Positions 59,622-64,000 of a stretch of 64,000 nucleotides of DNA are shown here, piece by piece; within the stretch, counting starts at the first letter, position 1; each line of letters starts with the position of its first letter. The DNA is from Gemmatimonadota bacterium (GTDB lineage Bacteria; Latescibacterota; UBA2968; UBA8231). Position numbers and translations under genes: made by a program. Location of the stretch: NCBI GenBank assembly GCA_038128265.1, contig JAYPJE010000008.1:1-64000 (forward strand). The letters run 5' to 3'. The notes under the pieces are model-generated. The model saw only the letters and a list, made by a program, of their open reading frames with translations, ran no database searches and was not told the origin of the DNA.

Positions 59622-60449
59622 CTACTGCAGCAGCGAGAGCAGGCGACTGATATCGGCGTCGGCTTCTCTGGCCACATTGGTCGCCGTCTGCGAGAGAATC
59701 TGCGAACGCGTAAGGTTGGATATCGCGCGCGCCACATCGACATCGCGCACGCTGGACTCTGCGCCCTGCATGCGCTCGACGATACTGGCCGTCGTTTCCG
59801 CGCTCATCTGCAGGCGATTTTGAAAGGCGGCGATGCGGTTGCGCTGGTCTAACACCTTTAGGTGCGCTTCATCCAACAGGTCAACGGCCTTTTGCGCACC
59901 ACCTACGACATCGATAGTGACGGGCTCCAGGTTTAGCTTGGCACCCGAAGCGCGCATATCGCCAAACTGTATATGCGACACATCGTTGCCCGTTTCCGTA
60001 GGACCAGCCTGAATGGCGAGCTGGCGCTCGTCGTCTAACAGCGGCATGCCGTTATATACCGTAAATTCCGCGACGCGATCTATCTCGTTTTTTAGCTGTT
60101 GGAATTCGCTATTGGCCAGGCGACGGTTGTCGTCGTTATAGGTCATCGAACTGGACTGCACGGCCAGTTCGCGCATGCGCCGCACCATATCGGAGATTTG
60201 CGACAGAGCGCCTTCGGCCACCTGCAGCATGTGAACGCTGTGCTGCACGTTGCGGCCGCCCTCTTGCAGGGCCCGCGTCTCCGCTTCAATGCCGTTGGCC
60301 AATGCCAAATTAGCCGCGTCATCGCTCGATCGATTGACCCGGTATCCGGAAGCAACCTGTTCCATCTGACGACTGGCATTTTCAAAGTGCACATTGAGAT
60401 TGCGATGCATGCTCTGCAAATGAGCATTGTGGTTTATGCGCGCTGGCAT
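59622..60449 (-). CDS. Flagellin-family protein (minimal, divergent)
   Basis: RINHN, SGYRVNRSSDDAA, LQVAEGAL, MRELAVQ, QNRL, ESSVRDVD, QIL..LLSLLQ; AGGAG RBS. Confidence 0.88.
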   Translation of the reverse strand: MPARINHNAHLQSMHRNLNVHFENASRQMEQVASGYRVNRSSDDAANLALANGIEAETRALQEGGRNVQHSVHMLQVAEGALSQISDMVRRMRELAVQSSSMTYNDDNRRLANSEFQQLKNEIDRVAEFTVYNGMPLLDDERQLAIQAGPTETGNDVSHIQFGDMRASGAKLNLEPVTIDVVGGAQKAVDLLDEAHLKVLDQRNRIAAFQNRLQMSAETTASIVERMQGAESSVRDVDVARAISNLTRSQILSQTATNVAREADADISRLLSLLQ

Positions 60450-60557
60450 AGCGGGCCTCTCCTGTATAGAGGAAGGATTCCCCACGTGGGAAGCAAAGGC
60501 TATACCAACAAAAGCGACTGCTCTACTATGTTATTTTTATGTAACTTACACAGAACT

Positions 60558-60592
60558 AAAAAAACCATCCTGCTCAAATAGGATGGTTTTTT
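60558..60592. terminator. Terminator after bactofilin
   Basis: AAAAAACCATCCT/AGGATGGTTTTTT inverted repeat. Confidence 0.85.
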
Positions 60593-60615
60593 CTCAGGGA
60601 TGGGGGAAAATTAGT

Positions 60616-61047
60616 TCAGTTTTCGGCGACTCCGCTGGCAAGCGCCTGCTCCGGCTTGACCGCTGGGCTCTTCTGACCGCTACCGGCCTTTTCGTCGTGA
60701 TCCATCACGCAGCTACCGTGCAGAATCGCTCCCTCAGCCACCGACAGTGCTTTGGTATAGAGGTCGCCAACAAAGTGTGCTTGGCTGTCCAATCGGACTT
60801 TCTCAGCGTGCACCGTACCGCGCACAACGCCGTTGATGTAAATCTCTTTACCTTCCAAATGGGCGTGTGTCTCACCGGATTGGCTGATGGTGAGCGCGCC
60901 AGAACAGCTCAGTTCGCCCTTAAATACGCCATCGATGCGCACGCTGTTGTCGACCTTCATCGTGCCCTCAAATACCGTACCACGCCCTATAATAGTGTTT
61001 AGCGTCTGACCGCCTGCTACCGCCCCATTGTCTTTCTTACCCAACAT
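60616..61047 (-). CDS. Bactofilin (polymer-forming cytoskeletal protein)
   Basis: TIIGRG..FEG, RIDG..GEL, INGVVRG, GAILHGSCVM. Confidence 0.9.
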   Translation of the reverse strand: MLGKKDNGAVAGGQTLNTIIGRGTVFEGTMKVDNSVRIDGVFKGELSCSGALTISQSGETHAHLEGKEIYINGVVRGTVHAEKVRLDSQAHFVGDLYTKALSVAEGAILHGSCVMDHDEKAGSGQKSPAVKPEQALASGVAEN

Positions 61048-61160
61048 TTCTCTATCCTGAATATGCGCCCATAATGCCGTTTTACTCCCTTTACGCTCTG
61101 CGCGAGAGAACGCTCAATATAGGTCTGTGCACGAGGCGATGCAACACAAATTCGCCGCCC

Positions 61161-62345
61161 TCAGCCGTCCTTATTGGCCTTGCTCTTTGTCTCGGCCTGT
61201 AGCAACTGACGAATCTCCGCGTGATCGGCCAACTGCTCGTTGACCATCATCGCCGCCGTCGCCACGAAGTTTTCCACCGACGAATTGGAAATGACGGGCA
61301 GGTCCTCTCGCCTGTAGCATTCCATCATATGGTCCTGAATCCTAAAAATTTCTCGGATGTGCGACAGGTAGCGATGCTTGGAACGCGACGGGGCCTGTTC
61401 GGCACGGCGCGTAAAGCGCTTTTCATACTCTTTCTCATCGGTCAAACCGATGCACAGCGGTGCGACAAAGGCCGTGCTTCCATAGCGCGATAGATGGAGG
61501 AAATCCGGCAATAGGTGAACGCCGTCAATTACGACGCTGGTATTTTCCTCTAAGCAGCGATCGATGATCGCGTCGACCCCTACGCATATCGTGCGCGCCT
61601 GTTCGCGATAGCCGGCGACGACCGGGTCGTCGCTCAGCGAGGAGTCGGGCAAGCGCTCCCACGCGTTATACGTCGATGTATGCAGCGTCGGCATGAGCTC
61701 TTTGGTCAACGTCAGGCGCATCATCTGGCGAATGTCGTCGGTGGCCACCACGCGCGCGATGTCGAGCAAATTGGCCAGTGCCACCGCCAGCGTTGTCTTA
61801 CCGGCGCCGCTGGGGCCGCCAATTAGGATGATGAGCGGTTTTTCGGAATCCCTCCACGCGCGCCAAACCCGATAGCGCTCGGCGTAGTCTTCGCCGTGCT
61901 CTTTGCCCAGTAAATCAGCCGTCATCCGCATCAATTCGCGGTGGCCAATTTCCTCGCGCCGCAGGTCGATGATTTTGTTCTCTATTTGGCTAGCTATGCC
62001 GTAGGCCAGATCAGGCGCCAGACCCGTTACTTCGAGCGAACGGGCGAGCAGGCCTTTGGAGAAGGGATGTGCGCCGTTCTGTCGCACCACGGTAATCTGC
62101 GTGACCTGGCGCTGCCAAAAGACGAGGTCGCCCGGCGCGGCGCCGTCGGAGCGCTCGCCGATAATCTCTTCTACAAGGCGCACCATCTCCTTCTTGCGCA
62201 CGTCGTTCTGCTTGCCCAGGCGCTCGCGCACTTCGTTGGCAATATCGCGCGATTCTTCGTGGGCAAACCCGCGTTGAATGAGGTAGTGCACCAACATGCC
62301 GCGCATAAAGGGTATGCGGCTCTTGCCGTCTACTATAGTCGCCAT
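61161..62345 (-). CDS. 2-phosphoglycerate kinase-like P-loop protein with two ATP-cone-like domains
   Basis: PFMRGML and PFSKGLLARSL cone starts, PLIILIGGPSGAGKT, TDDIRQMMR, LHTSTY, IDGVHL.P. Confidence 0.78.
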   Translation of the reverse strand: MATIVDGKSRIPFMRGMLVHYLIQRGFAHEESRDIANEVRERLGKQNDVRKKEMVRLVEEIIGERSDGAAPGDLVFWQRQVTQITVVRQNGAHPFSKGLLARSLEVTGLAPDLAYGIASQIENKIIDLRREEIGHRELMRMTADLLGKEHGEDYAERYRVWRAWRDSEKPLIILIGGPSGAGKTTLAVALANLLDIARVVATDDIRQMMRLTLTKELMPTLHTSTYNAWERLPDSSLSDDPVVAGYREQARTICVGVDAIIDRCLEENTSVVIDGVHLLPDFLHLSRYGSTAFVAPLCIGLTDEKEYEKRFTRRAEQAPSRSKHRYLSHIREIFRIQDHMMECYRREDLPVISNSSVENFVATAAMMVNEQLADHAEIRQLLQAETKSKANKDG

Positions 62346-62429
62346 ATATGGAAACTTTCCACGTCGTCTGTATTTGGAAGACGGCGCATTTTCCCCAATA
62401 TCGAGCTATTGATAGCGAACGGCAAGCAC

Positions 62430-63374
62430 CTATGAAGACTCGGCGGCAGTGCGCATCCATTCTATTACATCGCGCAGCCCCTCCTGCAGCGAGGTCGCCG
62501 GCGCATAGCCTAGCTCGCGTCGGGCGCGATCGATATCGGCCAGCGAGTCCCGCACGTCGCCGGAGCGCGACTCGGCAAAGTCGGCTTTGATATTCGATTC
62601 CAGCACGCGATTGAGGGCGCTCAGCAGATCCAGCAGGCTCGAGCTAGATCCGCTACCAATGTTGTAGACTTGCCCCTGCGCGCGTTCGACTCGGCAGGCC
62701 AGCATATTGGCGGCGACGACGTCGCGCACGTAGACAAAATCGCGCGTCTGCGTGCCATCGCCAAAAACAACGGGCGCTCGGCCACCTAGCATCTGGCGCG
62801 CGAATATGGAAATCACGCCGGAATAGGGCGATGCGGGATCTTGGCGCGGTCCGTAAACATTGAAATAGCGCAGGCAAACGGTCTGCAGTCCGTGCAGATT
62901 GCTGTACACGCGACAGTAGTGCTCGCCGCACAGCTTCGAAATGGCATAGGGCGACTCGGGTGTCGGTACCATATCTTCGCGCTTGGGCACGCGCGGGTCA
63001 TTTCCATAGGCGGCGGCCGATGCGGCAAAAACCACGCGGCGAACCCCCGCCTTGCGCGCCGCCTCGAGCAGGCGCAGCGTGCCCACCGCATTGGTCTGCT
63101 GTTCCAACAGCGGCTGCTCGACCGAGGTCTGCACCGACGCGACAGCGGCGTGATGCAGTATGCAGTCAATACCCTCTACGCTGCGCTGTAGGGCAGCATC
63201 ATCGCATAGATCGGCCTCGCGAAAATCAATATCGCCAGCGATATCGGCTACGTTCTCGCGCTTGCCCGAGGATAGGTTATCCAGCACGCGCACGGCATTT
63301 CCATCTTGCAAGAGCGTTCTGCACAAATGGGAACCAATAAATCCGCTGCCGCCCGTAACCAGGAAATGCTCCAT
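62430..63374 (-). CDS. NAD-dependent epimerase (UDP-glucose/GlcNAc 4-epimerase-like)
   Basis: TGGSGFIG, ASAAAYG, YAISK, LRYFNVYGPRQDP, GDGTQTRDF. Confidence 0.92.
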   Translation of the reverse strand: MEHFLVTGGSGFIGSHLCRTLLQDGNAVRVLDNLSSGKRENVADIAGDIDFREADLCDDAALQRSVEGIDCILHHAAVASVQTSVEQPLLEQQTNAVGTLRLLEAARKAGVRRVVFAASAAAYGNDPRVPKREDMVPTPESPYAISKLCGEHYCRVYSNLHGLQTVCLRYFNVYGPRQDPASPYSGVISIFARQMLGGRAPVVFGDGTQTRDFVYVRDVVAANMLACRVERAQGQVYNIGSGSSSSLLDLLSALNRVLESNIKADFAESRSGDVRDSLADIDRARRELGYAPATSLQEGLRDVIEWMRTAAESS

Positions 63375-63489
63375 TCACCAACCTCCCGCATCTTGTTCTG
63401 CGCGTTGCATATTGGCCTCCGAATATAATTTATCGCCGCAGGTCACTCAATGATCGAACCAGGAAAAAAGGCCGTATATACCTAAAAAT

Positions 63490-63533
63490 AAACGCATTAT
63501 GCGTTTGACATTTTTCTTGCATACCGTTACACT
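63490..63533 (+). promoter_or_regulatory. sigma70 promoter with an overlapping palindromic operator
   Basis: TTGACA (63505-10), N17, TACACT (63528-33); palindrome AAACGCAT-T-ATGCGTTT (63490-63506). Confidence 0.75.
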
Positions 63534-63537
63534 TGGG

Positions 63538-63595
63538 ACAGCTCACACGAGGCGGTGTGGGGGGCCATGGCGCGCAAGTGCCGTGGCCTTTTGTT
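63538..63595 (+). ncRNA. Candidate ~55-nt two-hairpin RNA or attenuated leader
   Basis: CTCACAC/GTGTGGG hairpin, then a terminator GGCCATGGCGC-GCAA-GTGCCGTGGCC-TTTT. Confidence 0.45.
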
Positions 63596-63621
63596 GTATA
63601 TGCCCCCCGCAAGCAGCGCAT

Positions 63622-63650
63622 TTTACCCGTCTGATGCCGTGGGTTATATT
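63622..63650 (+). promoter_or_regulatory. Second sigma70-like promoter, proximal to zwf
   Basis: TTTACC-N17-TATATT. Confidence 0.5.
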
Positions 63651-63702
63651 GTGCTGCACTATTGCTTATGGGCGTTGCAACGCCTGCAACTACATCATAG
63701 AA

Positions 63703-64000
63703 ATGAGTCGATGCATGTCGGGCACATTCATGGCGGCAGACCGCATTCCCGATCCCTGCAATTTGATCATTTTTGGCGCGTCGGGCGATCTGACCCGGCG
63801 CAAACTAGCTCCAGCCATTTGGCACCTGGCGCAGCAGGGGCGCCTGCCCGCATCCTTCGCTCTGATCGGCGTGGCGCGCCGCCCCATGGACGACGATGCG
63901 TTTCGCCAGCACGTGCGCGAAGCGCTCGGCGAATTTGTCGACCAGCTCGATGCCGAACACCTGGATGCCTTTCTCGCTGGCCTGTACTACGTGCGCGGCG
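63703..64000 (+). CDS. zwf: Glucose-6-phosphate 1-dehydrogenase, 3'-truncated
   Basis: Manual translation DPCNLIIFGASGDLTRRKLAPAIW..IGVARR; in-frame ATGs at 63703, 63715 and 63730. Confidence 0.9.
   Translation, partial: MSRCMSGTFMAADRIPDPCNLIIFGASGDLTRRKLAPAIWHLAQQGRLPASFALIGVARRPMDDDAFRQHVREALGEFVDQLDAEHLDAFLAGLYYVRG

Overview
GC-rich bacterial chromosomal window, densely coding (about 62 CDS), with no rRNA, tRNA, CRISPR array or mobile element that I can support. The gene content (PorX-like PglZ regulator next to tsaE, SigA-type sigma without region 1.1, short ParC, Omp85/FadL barrels, a BMC shell gene, flagellin, sugar-acid dehydratases) suggests a diderm FCB-related lineage such as Latescibacterota; this is inference only. 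The best finding is at the start: a GlnRS whose HIGH motif reads TIGN sits behind what looks like a complete ribosome-mediated attenuator. It has a promoter, a 19-codon leader MPIRQQQRQQEPLPLSVGG, mutually exclusive 1:2, 2:3 and 3:4 pairings and a U-tailed terminator, i.e. a candidate Gln-tRNA-sensing, inducible and possibly inhibitor-resistant GlnRS. Other notable signals: an identical 12-bp LexA-like operator in the spacers of the parE and sigma-factor promoters; an apparent ATC start codon for a stand-alone Cys-less rpsR followed by an orphan BMC shell gene; two sigma28-like promoters, one in front of a candidate sRNA; a candidate ~55-nt RNA upstream of zwf; an unannotated 43-aa membrane peptide; and a histidine kinase with a triplicated sensor module directly upstream of the PorX-like regulator. 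All calls come from reading the sequence and ORF track by eye; no searches were run.
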